From the NCBI GenBank assembly GCA_020441905.1, contig JAGRLG010000024.1, positions 17,308 through 81,307 of the forward strand: a stretch of 64,000 nucleotides of DNA. The letters are read 5' to 3'. The stretch's first letter is position 1, and each line of letters starts with the position of its first letter. A program made the position numbers and the translations under genes. The notes under the pieces were generated by a model. It made no database searches and was not told where the DNA came from. It was given only the letters and a program-made list of their open reading frames with translations. This DNA is from Rhodobiaceae bacterium (GTDB lineage Bacteria > Pseudomonadota > Alphaproteobacteria > Rhizobiales > NORP267). Positions 47,075 through 56,470 of this stretch are shown here, piece by piece.

Positions 47075-47617
47075 ATGAGACGCCGAGGCGCACAACCGGC
47101 CGACGATCAGGCCCCCGCTTGCGGGCCGGACGGTGGGCCAGCCGATTCCGCGCCAGGCGGCATCTTTGACGAAGTGCGCAACATGCCGGGGCATTTGCTG
47201 CGCCGGTTTCACCAGATCGCAGTCGGCGTATTCTTGAAGGAATGCGCCGATTTCGACCTGACGCCGGTGCAGTTTTCCATTCTCGCGACGCTTGCCCAGA
47301 CCAGCCCGCTCGACCAGATCCGCCTCTCCGGATTCGCCGCGCTGGACCGCACCACGATCTCCGTCGTCGTGCGCCGCCTGGAATCGCGCGGTCTTGTTGC
47401 CCGCAACATATCGGCGCGCGACCGCCGCTCGAAAATGATCTCGATCACGCCGCGGGGCCTCGAGCTGATGCACGAGATCCTGCCGCGGGTGCGCCAGATC
47501 CAGGACATATTGCTGGCGCCCCTGGCGCCCGGCGAGCGCGAGACCTTCCGCGCCCTTCTGCAAAAAGCGGTCGAGGCCAATAACCAGAATTCGCGCGTGC
47601 CGCTGCGCGGCCAGTAG
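47075..47617 (+). CDS. MarR-family transcriptional regulator
   Basis: AGGAG RBS 6 nt upstream. LTPVQFSILATLAQTSPLDQIRLSGFAALDRTTISVVVRRLESRGLVAR...DRR. Confidence 0.8.
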   Translation: MRRRGAQPADDQAPACGPDGGPADSAPGGIFDEVRNMPGHLLRRFHQIAVGVFLKECADFDLTPVQFSILATLAQTSPLDQIRLSGFAALDRTTISVVVRRLESRGLVARNISARDRRSKMISITPRGLELMHEILPRVRQIQDILLAPLAPGERETFRALLQKAVEANNQNSRVPLRGQ

Positions 47618-47647
47618 GGCGCCGAGGCGACCGCGAACCGGCGCCGC

Positions 47648-49843
47648 TCACCCTGCGGCGAAGCGCGCCTTGGCCTCGCGCCGGCGCGCATGAAGGATCG
47701 GCTCGGTATAGCCCGAGGGCTGCGCCCGGCCCTTGAACACCAGGTCGCAGGCAGCCTGAAAGGCAATGCTGGCGGCAAAATCCGGCGCCATCGGCCGGTA
47801 GGCCGGATCGCCAGCATTCTGCCGGTCAACCACCGCTGCCATGCGTTCCAGCACGTCCAATACCTGCTCGCGGCTGCAAATGCCGTGATGCAGCCAATTG
47901 GCGATATGCTGGCTCGAAATGCGCAAGGTCGCCCGGTCCTCCATCAGTGCCACATCGTCGATATCGGGCACCTTTGAGCATCCGATGCCCTGGTCGATCC
48001 AGCGCACCACATAGCCGAGGATGCCTTGCGCGTTGTTTTCCAGCTCGAGGCGGATTTCTTCGGCTGACAGGTTGGTGCCCGCCAGCAACGGCAAGGTCAG
48101 CAGGTCATCGAGACTGGGGCGCAGGTTTCTCGCCAGGTCCCGCTGCCGCGCCGCGACATCAACCTCATGGTAATGCATGGCATGGAGCACCGCCGCGGTG
48201 GGCGAGGGCACCCAGGCGCAATTGGCCCCGGCTTTGGGGTGGGCGATCTTTTCCGCCACCATCTGCGCCATCTCGTCGGGCTTGGCCCACATCCCCTTGC
48301 CGATCTGCGCCTTTCCGGAAAATCCCGCCGCCAGCCCGGCGGCAACGTTCCAGTCCTCATAGGCGCCGATCCATTTCTCATGGCGCATCGCCGCCTTGCG
48401 CACCACCGGCCCGGCCTCCATGTCGGTGTGGATCTCGTCGCCGGTGCGGTCGAGAAAGCCGGTATTGATGAAGACGATGCGCTCGCTCACGGCTCGAATG
48501 CAGGCCGAAAGGTTGACGCTGGTACGCCGCTCCTCGTCCATCACCCCGACCTTGATGGTGTTGCGCGCCAGGCCCAGCGCCTGCTCGGTCATGGCAAAGA
48601 GCTCGTTGGTAAAGGCGGCTTCCTCCGGCCCATGCAGCTTCGGCTTGACGATATAGATGCTGCCCGCGGCGCTGTTGCGCGGGCCGCTGTCGCGCCTCAG
48701 ATCGTGCAGCGCGCACAGGCTGGTGACCATGGCATCGAGAATCCCTTCCGGAATTTCCTGTCCCGAGGCATCGAGCACGGCGTCGGTGGTCATCAGCAAC
48801 CCGGTATTGCGAACCAGCATCAGGCTGCGCCCGGAAAGCTCCATTTCACCGCCGCCATCGGCGCGCCGGAAGCGCCGGTTGGCGGCAAGGCGGCGGGTCA
48901 TGGCCGCGCCATTCTTTTCCAGATTTTCCTCCAGCGTGCCCTGCATCAGCCCCAGCCAGTTGCGATAAGCCGCAACCTTGTCGGCGGCGTCCACCGCGGC
49001 GATGGAATCCTCGAAGTCCTGGATCGTCGTCAGCGCCGCCTCGAGCACGACATCCTTGACCCCGGCGGGATGGCTGGCGCCTATGGCGCTTTCGCGATCG
49101 ATGACGATCTCGATATGCAGGCCGTGATTGCGCGCCAGGAACACCGGCGCATCGGCGCTGCCGCCATAGCCGATAAACTGGTCTTCACGGGCCAGCCCGG
49201 TTGCCTCGTCATCGCCAAGGCGCACCACCAGTCGCGCCGCGCCGTCTTCGCCGCGCACCGCTTCATAGCCCACCGCCTCGCCATGGCTGCCCCGGGCCAG
49301 CGGCAGCGCCCGGTCGAGGAAGGCATTGGCCGCCGCGATGACCCGCGCCCCGCGCAGCGGGTTGTAGCGCTCGCCGCGCCGGCAGCCGCCGTCTTCGGAA
49401 ATGGCATTGCTGCCATAGAGCGCATCGAACAGGCTGCCCCAGCGCGCATTGGCGGCATTGAGGGCGAAGCGCGCGTTCATCACCGGCACCACCAGCTGCG
49501 GCCCGGCGATCGACGCGATCTCCGGATCGACCCGCCCGGTTGTGATTACATGGCGCTCGCCCTCTTCGCGCAAATATCCGATTTCGATGAGAAAGCGCCG
49601 ATAGGCCGCCGCATCGTGGGGCTGGCCGCGGCGCTCGCGGTGCCAGGCGTCTATCTTGTCCTGCAACCTGGCGCGCGTCGCCAAAAGCGCCTTGTTGCGC
49701 GGCCCCAGCGTTTCGACAATGCGCCGCAACCCGGTCCAGAATTCGCCGGCGCCGATACCTGTCCCCGGCACCGCCTCATTGGCTATGAACTCGTCCAGTT
49801 CGGGCGCGATCCTGAGACCGCCCCTTGTCACTCTGTCCGCCAT
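47648..49843 (-). CDS. glcB: Malate synthase G
   Basis: 731 aa. [20 protein letters not shown]..., [23 protein letters not shown] and [10 protein letters not shown] are canonical. Confidence 0.95.
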   Translation of the reverse strand: MADRVTRGGLRIAPELDEFIANEAVPGTGIGAGEFWTGLRRIVETLGPRNKALLATRARLQDKIDAWHRERRGQPHDAAAYRRFLIEIGYLREEGERHVITTGRVDPEIASIAGPQLVVPVMNARFALNAANARWGSLFDALYGSNAISEDGGCRRGERYNPLRGARVIAAANAFLDRALPLARGSHGEAVGYEAVRGEDGAARLVVRLGDDEATGLAREDQFIGYGGSADAPVFLARNHGLHIEIVIDRESAIGASHPAGVKDVVLEAALTTIQDFEDSIAAVDAADKVAAYRNWLGLMQGTLEENLEKNGAAMTRRLAANRRFRRADGGGEMELSGRSLMLVRNTGLLMTTDAVLDASGQEIPEGILDAMVTSLCALHDLRRDSGPRNSAAGSIYIVKPKLHGPEEAAFTNELFAMTEQALGLARNTIKVGVMDEERRTSVNLSACIRAVSERIVFINTGFLDRTGDEIHTDMEAGPVVRKAAMRHEKWIGAYEDWNVAAGLAAGFSGKAQIGKGMWAKPDEMAQMVAEKIAHPKAGANCAWVPSPTAAVLHAMHYHEVDVAARQRDLARNLRPSLDDLLTLPLLAGTNLSAEEIRLELENNAQGILGYVVRWIDQGIGCSKVPDIDDVALMEDRATLRISSQHIANWLHHGICSREQVLDVLERMAAVVDRQNAGDPAYRPMAPDFAASIAFQAACDLVFKGRAQPSGYTEPILHARRREAKARFAAG

Positions 49844-49900
49844 TTTCCCCCCTTGGTCGCAGCCATGGCCATGCCGTCCCGCCGGTGAACACGCCGGACC

Positions 49901-51019
49901 CTAGCCCCAGACCTCGGCCGCAACTTCGACAACCCGTTCAAGTTTCTGCCTCTGTATCTCAGGCGTGATCAGATTTCCATGTTCGGTGCTGGCAAAACCG
50001 CATTGAGGGCTGAGGCAGAGATTCTCCAGCGGCACGAATTTCGCGGCCTCGTCGATACGCCGCTTCAACTCATCCTTGGTTTCCACTTGCGGCACCTTGG
50101 TCGAAACCAGGCCGAGCACGACCTTCTTGTCCTTCGGCGCCAGCCGCAACGGTTCGAAGCCGCCCGCCCGCTCATCGTCATATTCGAGAAAGAAGCCATC
50201 GACCTTCATCGAGAAAATGGCTTCCGCCACCGCGTCATACCCTCCCGATGCCATCCACATGCTCTGGTAGTTACCGCGGCAGGTATGCACGGTGACGGCA
50301 AGATTCTCGCTGCGTGTCGCAAACAGCCCGTTGATGATTTCGGCGTAAAGATGGGGCAGGCGCGCCGGATCCTCGCCGTCGGCGCGCACGCGCTCCTGCA
50401 CTTGCGGATCACAAAGGCAGGCGAAGGAGACATCGTCGAATTGCAGATAGCGGCAGCCGGCAGCCTCGAGATCGGCGATCTCCGCCCGGTAGGCCGCGGT
50501 GACATCGGCCCAGAATTCGTCCATGTCCGGATAGGCCTTTTTGTCGACGATCTTGCGCCCGCCGCGCATATGCAGATAGGTCGGCGCCGGCATGCAGAAC
50601 TTGGCGGTGCGCGATGTTGCGCTTTGAAGGAATTTGAAATGGTCGAGCATGACCGGCCTGGAGCGGGAAACCTTGCCGGTGACCTCGATCATCGAGCCGG
50701 TTGAGCGTTGCTCGCCCTTCCTGTCCTTGAAGGTGACAGCGTAATTGGCCCCGGTCAGCTCGATCCCGTCGAAGCCGGTAAGAAAGTCGGTATGCCACAT
50801 GGCGCGGCGGAACTCGCCATCGGTGACGGAGTGCAGGCCGACCGATTCCTGGAGACGCACCGCCTCGCCAATGGCCTTGTCCTCGACGGCGGCCAGCTGC
50901 GCCCGGTCGATTTGGCCGGCGGCGAATTTGCGGCGCGCTTCGTGCACGGCCTTTGGCCGCAGCAGGCTGCCGACATGATCGGCGCGGAATGGCGGGCGGG
51001 CATTCTTGCTTTGTGACAC
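49901..51019 (-). CDS. Cobalamin-independent methionine synthase II family protein (MetE C-terminal-domain-like)
   Basis: GTG start at 51019 after AGGGAG. PFRADHVGSLLRP, TDGEFRR, HTCRGN and LSPQCGFAS zinc/substrate motifs. Confidence 0.8.
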   Translation of the reverse strand: MSQSKNARPPFRADHVGSLLRPKAVHEARRKFAAGQIDRAQLAAVEDKAIGEAVRLQESVGLHSVTDGEFRRAMWHTDFLTGFDGIELTGANYAVTFKDRKGEQRSTGSMIEVTGKVSRSRPVMLDHFKFLQSATSRTAKFCMPAPTYLHMRGGRKIVDKKAYPDMDEFWADVTAAYRAEIADLEAAGCRYLQFDDVSFACLCDPQVQERVRADGEDPARLPHLYAEIINGLFATRSENLAVTVHTCRGNYQSMWMASGGYDAVAEAIFSMKVDGFFLEYDDERAGGFEPLRLAPKDKKVVLGLVSTKVPQVETKDELKRRIDEAAKFVPLENLCLSPQCGFASTEHGNLITPEIQRQKLERVVEVAAEVWG

Positions 51020-51072
51020 GGCCAGGCTCCCTGTCTCGACGGCGCTGGCGCCATCTTAACGGGCAGGCGGGG

Positions 51073-51107
51073 AATTAGAAGAAGAACAAACAGCGCCAGG
51101 CGGCGCT
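51073..51107 (-). terminator. Candidate intrinsic terminator after the MEDS-BTAD regulator gene
   Basis: On the minus strand, directly after the stop codon: AGCGCC-GCCT-GGCGCT followed by GTTTGTTCTTCTTCT. The stem is only 6 bp. Confidence 0.45.
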
Positions 51108-51108
51108 C

Positions 51109-52899
51109 TCAGCCCATCAGCTGGCGGGCCAGATTCGCCGTCTCGCGCGCCGGCTCGCGATCCTCGAAGCGCTTCAGCGATTCCCGGCACAGCCGGTATT
51201 GCCGCTCCAGCGCGTCGAGCCGGCCGATCATGTGATAGGCGCGCATCGCTTCACGGTGCGCGCTCTCGGCGCAAGGATCGACCCTGAGCACGCGCTCGCA
51301 ATAGCTCAGCGCCAGCTTGGGATCGTTCATGGCGCGATGGATCGCCGCCGTGCAGGCCAGCATCTTGAGGTAGATCTCCTCGAGCCAGAAGCGCTGGCTC
51401 CAGCACCAGTCGCGCTCGGGGTCCTCGACATATTCGACCGGAATATCGGCGAACAGCGCCCCCGAATAGAGCCGTTCGGCGGCCATGTGGCAGGTCAGGG
51501 ACTGTTCGATCTCGCCAGCCTTGAGCAGTTGTTCGCCCTGGCGGCAGAACTGCTCGAAAACCGGCACATCGACCCAGGTGCCCTCGGGCAGGGTCAGGTA
51601 ATAGCGCCGGTTGCGGCTGACCAGATAGGGCGAATGGCGGCTGGACGACAATTCCGGGCTGAGCGCCATGCGCAGGCAATGCACGGTGTGATAGAGCCGG
51701 TTCAGGCTCTGGTTGAGATCGCTGGCCTCGGGCCACAGCAGATCGGCGGTTTCCTCGACGCTGGCGCCCTTGGCCCCCCTTTGCAGCAGGAAGGCAAACA
51801 GGGTCTTGGTCTTGTAGGTCGCCCCCGAGCAGCGGTTCCATGCCACCGGATTGCCGTCATGGGAATAGATGCGCAATTCGCCAAGGCAGCGGATCTTCCA
51901 GCGCTTGAGCGGCTGGCCTTGCACCGCCGGCTCGCCGAACTGGTCGATTTCGAAATTGGGCCGCACCGGCCCCATGGTGGCCTGGGCCGGCGGGCGCCGC
52001 CGCGCCGAAGGTTCCTCGCCGGTCGCCGGAACAGGAGCGATAACCGGCTTGGCGGCGGATATCGCAGCTGGCGGAGCAGCGAAGCCGTCCCCCCGCAGCA
52101 CGGTTGCCGCCTCCGGCCCCGCCGCCGGCTGGGCGCCGCTCTCGCGCAGCACCCCAAGCCACCAGTCCAGCTTCTTCGCCGCGTCGCCGCTGAGAAACAC
52201 CGGCGGCGGCAGGAAGTAGGGATTGCGCCGCGCCTCGCCCGCATCCAGCAGCGCCGGATGGGTGCGCAAGGCGTCGAGCAGCACATTGGCGGGAAACAAT
52301 TCCCGACTGTAGAGGCAGACGATTTTCAGCGGTGCCTTTTCGGCCAGTGCGTGCAGCCCGGCTTCAAGTTCGCCGAGATTGGCGAGCCCGCTCGGCGCTT
52401 CCAGCATCCACGACATGTCGATCAGCACCAGCAGGCCGCGAAACCCTTCGCCGACGGCCCCCTCGCACAGGGCCTGCAACTTGTTGACCACGGTGGTGAC
52501 ACAAACCGGCGCCGCGCGCACGGCGAACAGATCCTCGGCGCTGGAAATGGTGCCGGGCCTCCCGGCTTCCCGGCACAGCGGCGCCAGCTTGTCGCGGTGG
52601 GCGGCGGAGTCGAACAGGCCGAGCCAGCGCATGCCCCCAAGTTCCCGCGGCCGCGTCAGGGCAGCACAGTGGCGCAGCAGGTCGTCGCTATTTTCATAGA
52701 TGGTGCAGAAATGCCGGTGGCCGCCATCGAGGCCCTTTGCCGGAACGGATTCGCGGCGCGGCGCGGCGGAGGATTCGCCGCCCGCCTCGCGCCCCGGTGC
52801 CTCGGCGAGGTATCCTGCCGCGCGCGATACCACCGGCGCGGCGGCGCGCTGACGTGATTTCTTGATGCCAGCACTACTCATAATACCTGACGACGCCAC
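51109..52899 (-). CDS. Transcriptional regulator with MEDS-like N-domain, SARP/OmpR-type winged helix and BTAD domain
   Basis: N-terminal part GHRHFCTIYENSDDLL...GLLVLIDMSWML...KIVCLYS resembles MEDS/DcmR-type sensory domains. An A/P-rich linker follows. Then WKIRCLGELRIYSHDGNPVAW...LFAFLL...ETADLLWPE...LNRLYHTVHCLRMAL (wHTH), then TPR-like BTAD (...AHREAMRAYHMIGRLDALERQYRLCRESL). Start uncertain: GTG 52899 or ATG 52881. Confidence 0.65.
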   Translation of the reverse strand: MASSGIMSSAGIKKSRQRAAAPVVSRAAGYLAEAPGREAGGESSAAPRRESVPAKGLDGGHRHFCTIYENSDDLLRHCAALTRPRELGGMRWLGLFDSAAHRDKLAPLCREAGRPGTISSAEDLFAVRAAPVCVTTVVNKLQALCEGAVGEGFRGLLVLIDMSWMLEAPSGLANLGELEAGLHALAEKAPLKIVCLYSRELFPANVLLDALRTHPALLDAGEARRNPYFLPPPVFLSGDAAKKLDWWLGVLRESGAQPAAGPEAATVLRGDGFAAPPAAISAAKPVIAPVPATGEEPSARRRPPAQATMGPVRPNFEIDQFGEPAVQGQPLKRWKIRCLGELRIYSHDGNPVAWNRCSGATYKTKTLFAFLLQRGAKGASVEETADLLWPEASDLNQSLNRLYHTVHCLRMALSPELSSSRHSPYLVSRNRRYYLTLPEGTWVDVPVFEQFCRQGEQLLKAGEIEQSLTCHMAAERLYSGALFADIPVEYVEDPERDWCWSQRFWLEEIYLKMLACTAAIHRAMNDPKLALSYCERVLRVDPCAESAHREAMRAYHMIGRLDALERQYRLCRESLKRFEDREPARETANLARQLMG

Positions 52900-53086
52900 C
52901 TTTTTGCTGCCCGCTTGACCCTCTCAGCCTGCGGTGTGCCGAATGTTTACAATAGGTCATCTGTCAGCCGATTTCCTCAATATTCAGGGGACAGCCTTAA
53001 TCCGGGCCGCCGGCACCGGCGTCAATTCGCGCCATCTTGCCCGCCCCCGCGGGATGACTTCACGCCTTCGCGACAAAATATAACAA

Positions 53087-53100
53087 GTTTAAGCTTGAAC
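53087..53100. promoter_or_regulatory. Operator candidate copy 1: GTTTAAGCTTGAAC
   Basis: One of three identical 14-mers. It is an imperfect palindrome around AAGCTT, located in the regulator/adenylase divergent spacer. Confidence 0.55.
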
Positions 53101-53197
53101 TAACTAAATTGAACATGCGGCGGCGGCATTGTCAATGCACGCCAATTCGCGGCGCGGCGGAGCAGGACTGCGGCAAGGCACCACAGCCGGATATTTA

Positions 53198-53211
53198 GTT
53201 TAAGCTTGAAC
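53198..53211. promoter_or_regulatory. Operator candidate copy 2: GTTTAAGCTTGAAC
   Basis: Identical 14-mer, 111 bp from copy 1 and 56 nt upstream of ATG 53267. Confidence 0.55.
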
Positions 53212-53266
53212 GAAATTCCCATCGTCGCTACCTTCCGCCCCGCAGGAAAGATCAGGAGAAATCGGC

Positions 53267-54916
53267 ATGCTCGAAGGGTGCACCCCATGGCCGGAAGAAT
53301 TCGCTTCCCGTTATCGCCAACGCGGCTATTGGCGGGGGCAAACCGTCCCCCAGGCCATCTTCGAGGTCATCGCGCGCCATGGTAGCAAAACCGCCATCGT
53401 CTATGGCGGCCGGCGCATCAGCTATTTTGAACTTGGCCAAAGGGTCGGCGCCATGGCGCGCGGCCTGATGCGCCACGGCATCAAGCCGCGCGAGCGCGTC
53501 GTCCTGCAATTGCCCAACAGCCCCGAATTCCTCGTCGCCTTTCTTGCCCTCCAGCAAGCCGGCGCCATTCCGGTGCTCGCCCTGCCCGCCCACCGCCAGG
53601 CCGAAATCGGCCATTTCATCCGCCATGCCGGCGCCGTCGCCTATATCGGCGCCGATATCGACCGCGGCTTCGACTTCCGCGCCATGGCCGACGAGATACT
53701 GCGCCGCGAAACCAGCCTCGCCCACGTCTTCATTAACGGCGCGCCCAATCCCGGCCAGGTGGCGCTGGACGCGTTGATGGCGGCGGACGACGAAACGCCG
53801 CTCCCCGAAATCGGCGCCGGCGATATTGCCCTCATGCTGCTCTCCGGCGGCACCACGGCGCTGCCCAAGCTGATCCCCCGCACCCATGACGACTATGTCT
53901 ACAATTTCCGCCAGAGCGGTGCCGTCTCCGGTTTCGATGACGCCACCGTCTATCTTGCCATCCTGCCCCTGGCCCATAATTTCGCCCTCGGCTCGCCCGG
54001 CATTCTCGCCACCCTGGCCTATGGCGGCACCATCGTCATGTCCGCCGAAACCAGGGCCGATGATGTCTTTCCGCTGATCGAGCGCGAAAGGATCTCGGTG
54101 GTGTGCGGCGCCGTGCCGCTGGCCATCGCCTGGCTCAACTCGGACGTACCGGCGCGCCATGACCTGTCCTCGGTCCGCCTTTTCATCAATGGCGGCGCCC
54201 GCCTTGCGCCGGAACTGCGCCAGCGCCTGGAGGAGATGTTTTCCTGCACCTATCAGGAAAGCTTCGGCACCGCCGAAGGCCTGCTCAACCAGACCCGCCT
54301 CGACGATCCGGCGCCGATCCGCTTCGAAAGCTCGGGCCGCCCGATCTCGGAAGCCGACGAGATCCGCATCGTCGACGACGAGGACCGCGACGTGCCCGAC
54401 GGCACGCCTGGCGAGTTGATCTGCCGCGGCCCCTACACCATTCGCGGCTATTACAACGCGCCCGAAATCAACGCCGCCGCCTTCACCGAAGACGGCTTCT
54501 ACCGCACCGGCGACATGGTCAAGCGCAACAACGGCTCTCTCTATGTCGAGGGCCGCAAGAAGGACCTCATCAATCGCGGCGGCGAGAAGATCTCGTCGGA
54601 AGAGGTCGAGAACCTGATCTACACCAACCCCAAGGTGAAAGGCGTCTGCGTCGTCGCCATGCCCGATGCCATGTTTGGCGAGAAGGCCTGCGCCTTCCTC
54701 ATTCCCAGGGACGGCGAAACCATGACTTTCGAGGAACTGGTCGCCCATCTGGCAAAATGCAACATCGCCAAGTTCAAGCTGCCCGAGCGCCTCGAGATCG
54801 TCGATACCTTCCCCACCAGCCCGGCCGGCAAGATCCTGCGCAAGGACCTGCGCAAGATCATCGCCGACAAGATCGCCGCCGAACGGGCAGGTGGCGGGCA
54901 GGCAGGTTTGAGCTAG
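53267..54916 (+). CDS. Aryl-acid adenylating enzyme, EntE/DhbE-like ((2,3-dihydroxy)benzoate/salicylate-AMP ligase type)
   Basis: CTPWPEEFASRYRQRGYW..., LLSGGTTALPKLIPRTHDDYVYN, YRTGDMV and GRKKDLINRGGEKIS are ANL-superfamily cores with the EntE/DhbE-type variants. Confidence 0.8.
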   Translation: MLEGCTPWPEEFASRYRQRGYWRGQTVPQAIFEVIARHGSKTAIVYGGRRISYFELGQRVGAMARGLMRHGIKPRERVVLQLPNSPEFLVAFLALQQAGAIPVLALPAHRQAEIGHFIRHAGAVAYIGADIDRGFDFRAMADEILRRETSLAHVFINGAPNPGQVALDALMAADDETPLPEIGAGDIALMLLSGGTTALPKLIPRTHDDYVYNFRQSGAVSGFDDATVYLAILPLAHNFALGSPGILATLAYGGTIVMSAETRADDVFPLIERERISVVCGAVPLAIAWLNSDVPARHDLSSVRLFINGGARLAPELRQRLEEMFSCTYQESFGTAEGLLNQTRLDDPAPIRFESSGRPISEADEIRIVDDEDRDVPDGTPGELICRGPYTIRGYYNAPEINAAAFTEDGFYRTGDMVKRNNGSLYVEGRKKDLINRGGEKISSEEVENLIYTNPKVKGVCVVAMPDAMFGEKACAFLIPRDGETMTFEELVAHLAKCNIAKFKLPERLEIVDTFPTSPAGKILRKDLRKIIADKIAAERAGGGQAGLS

Positions 54917-54997
54917 GCAGGTTGAAGGCAGCGTGGCGGTGCCGCGACCGCTGCGAAGGCCCGATCCGGGGCGGGGGCGCCGCGCGGCATGAATTTT

Positions 54998-55011
54998 GTT
55001 TAAGCTTGAAC
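54998..55011. promoter_or_regulatory. Operator candidate copy 3: GTTTAAGCTTGAAC
   Basis: Identical 14-mer, 109 nt upstream of the SDR ATG at 55120. Confidence 0.55.
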
Positions 55012-55119
55012 TAGTTTTGCCACGGTGCTACGGTGCCGCCATTGGGGCCGGCTGAACCGCGCAGGAGCGCGGTTCAGCCGGGTTTGCCGAAGTAAACATA
55101 CGGGAAGAGTCAAAGAATC

Positions 55120-55905
55120 ATGTCGGACAAGATTTTCGAAGGTCAGCACGCTGTGGTAACCGGCGGATCGCGCGGCATCGGCGCCGCCATTGCCGAAACC
55201 CTGGCCCGCCACGGCGCCATGGTGACCATCATGGGCCGCAGCATCGCCACGCTCGATACCCGCGCCAGGGAAATGAGCGCGGCCAGCGGCGGCCAGGTCG
55301 CCGGCTGCGCCGTCGATCTTGGCGACCCGGCCTCGATCGATCATGCCTTCGACAATCTGAGCGGCGATTTTCCCGCGCCTTCCATTCTTGTCAACAATGC
55401 CGGCCTTGCCCTCTCGGCGCCCTTTTCCAGGACCGATCTCGATTTCTGGAACAAGATCCTTGGCGTCGACCTGACCGGCGCCTTCCTGTGCATCCGCAAG
55501 GTGCTGCCGGCGATGACCAAGGCCGGCCACGGCCGCATCGTCAACATCTCCTCCACCGCCGGCCTCAAGGGCTATCCCTATGTCAGCGCCTATTGCGCCG
55601 CCAAGCACGGCCTGATCGGCCTCACCCGTTCCCTGGCGCTGGAAACCGCCCATAAGGGGGTCACCGTAAATTCCGTCTGCCCCGGCTATACCGACACCGA
55701 CATCGTCCGCGACACCATCGCCAATATCGTCAACAAGACCGGCCGCTCGGCCGAGGACGCCCTCGCCGAACTGGTCAAGCACAACCCGCAGAGCCGCCTC
55801 ATCCAGCCCGCGGAGATCGCCGAGGCCGTGGTCTGGCTTTGCCGCCCCGAATCCGCCTCCGTCACCGGCCAGTCCATTGCCGTTGCCGGAGGGGAGGTCA
55901 TGTAA
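55120..55905 (+). CDS. Classical SDR-family oxidoreductase
   Basis: VVTGGSRGIGAAIA (TGxxxGxG), NNAG, S...YxxxK (YVSAYCAAKHG) and PGYTDT. Confidence 0.85.
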   Translation: MSDKIFEGQHAVVTGGSRGIGAAIAETLARHGAMVTIMGRSIATLDTRAREMSAASGGQVAGCAVDLGDPASIDHAFDNLSGDFPAPSILVNNAGLALSAPFSRTDLDFWNKILGVDLTGAFLCIRKVLPAMTKAGHGRIVNISSTAGLKGYPYVSAYCAAKHGLIGLTRSLALETAHKGVTVNSVCPGYTDTDIVRDTIANIVNKTGRSAEDALAELVKHNPQSRLIQPAEIAEAVVWLCRPESASVTGQSIAVAGGEVM

Positions 55906-56402
55906 TGGGCCGCGCCGGGCGCCACGAAACGGACGGCGCCAGCGCGCTGGCGGTCTGGCTCAGGCTGCTGAGTTGCAGCAATACCGTCAGCCGCAACCTG
56001 CGCCTGAATCTGAAGAACGACTTTGACGTCACCCTGCCGCGCTTCGACCTCATGGCCCAGGTCGCGCGCGAGCCGCTCGGCCCCTCGCTTGGCGAGCTGT
56101 CGCGCCGTCTGCTCGTGACCAAGGGCAATATCACCGACCTCGTGGTGCGCCTGGAAAAGGACGGCCTCGTCGAGCGCCGCCGCGACGACAGCGACGGGCG
56201 GGTGCAGCATGTCTATCTGACCGCTGCCGGCCAGGACTTGCTGGACGCCATGCTGGCGGCCCACAACCGCTGGCTCAAGGAGATGCTGGCCGATCTCGAC
56301 GCAGGAAAAGTATCGAGTCTCTATCAATTGCTCGGTGATCTCAGGCAGGCGCTTCACAGCGGCGGGGAAACCGAGGACGAGGTGGCAGCCGCCGCCCAAT
56401 AG
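55905..56402 (+). CDS. MarR-family transcriptional regulator
   Basis: ATG overlaps the SDR stop (TAATG). LPRFDLMAQVAREPLGPSLGELSRRLLVTKGNITDLVVRLEKDGLVERRRDDSDGR. Confidence 0.8.
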   Translation: MGRAGRHETDGASALAVWLRLLSCSNTVSRNLRLNLKNDFDVTLPRFDLMAQVAREPLGPSLGELSRRLLVTKGNITDLVVRLEKDGLVERRRDDSDGRVQHVYLTAAGQDLLDAMLAAHNRWLKEMLADLDAGKVSSLYQLLGDLRQALHSGGETEDEVAAAAQ

Positions 56403-56470
56403 CCGCCGGGCCGCGCCAACAGGCGCGCGGCATCGCCCAGGACAAACCGTACAACAAGGACGCGACAAAG

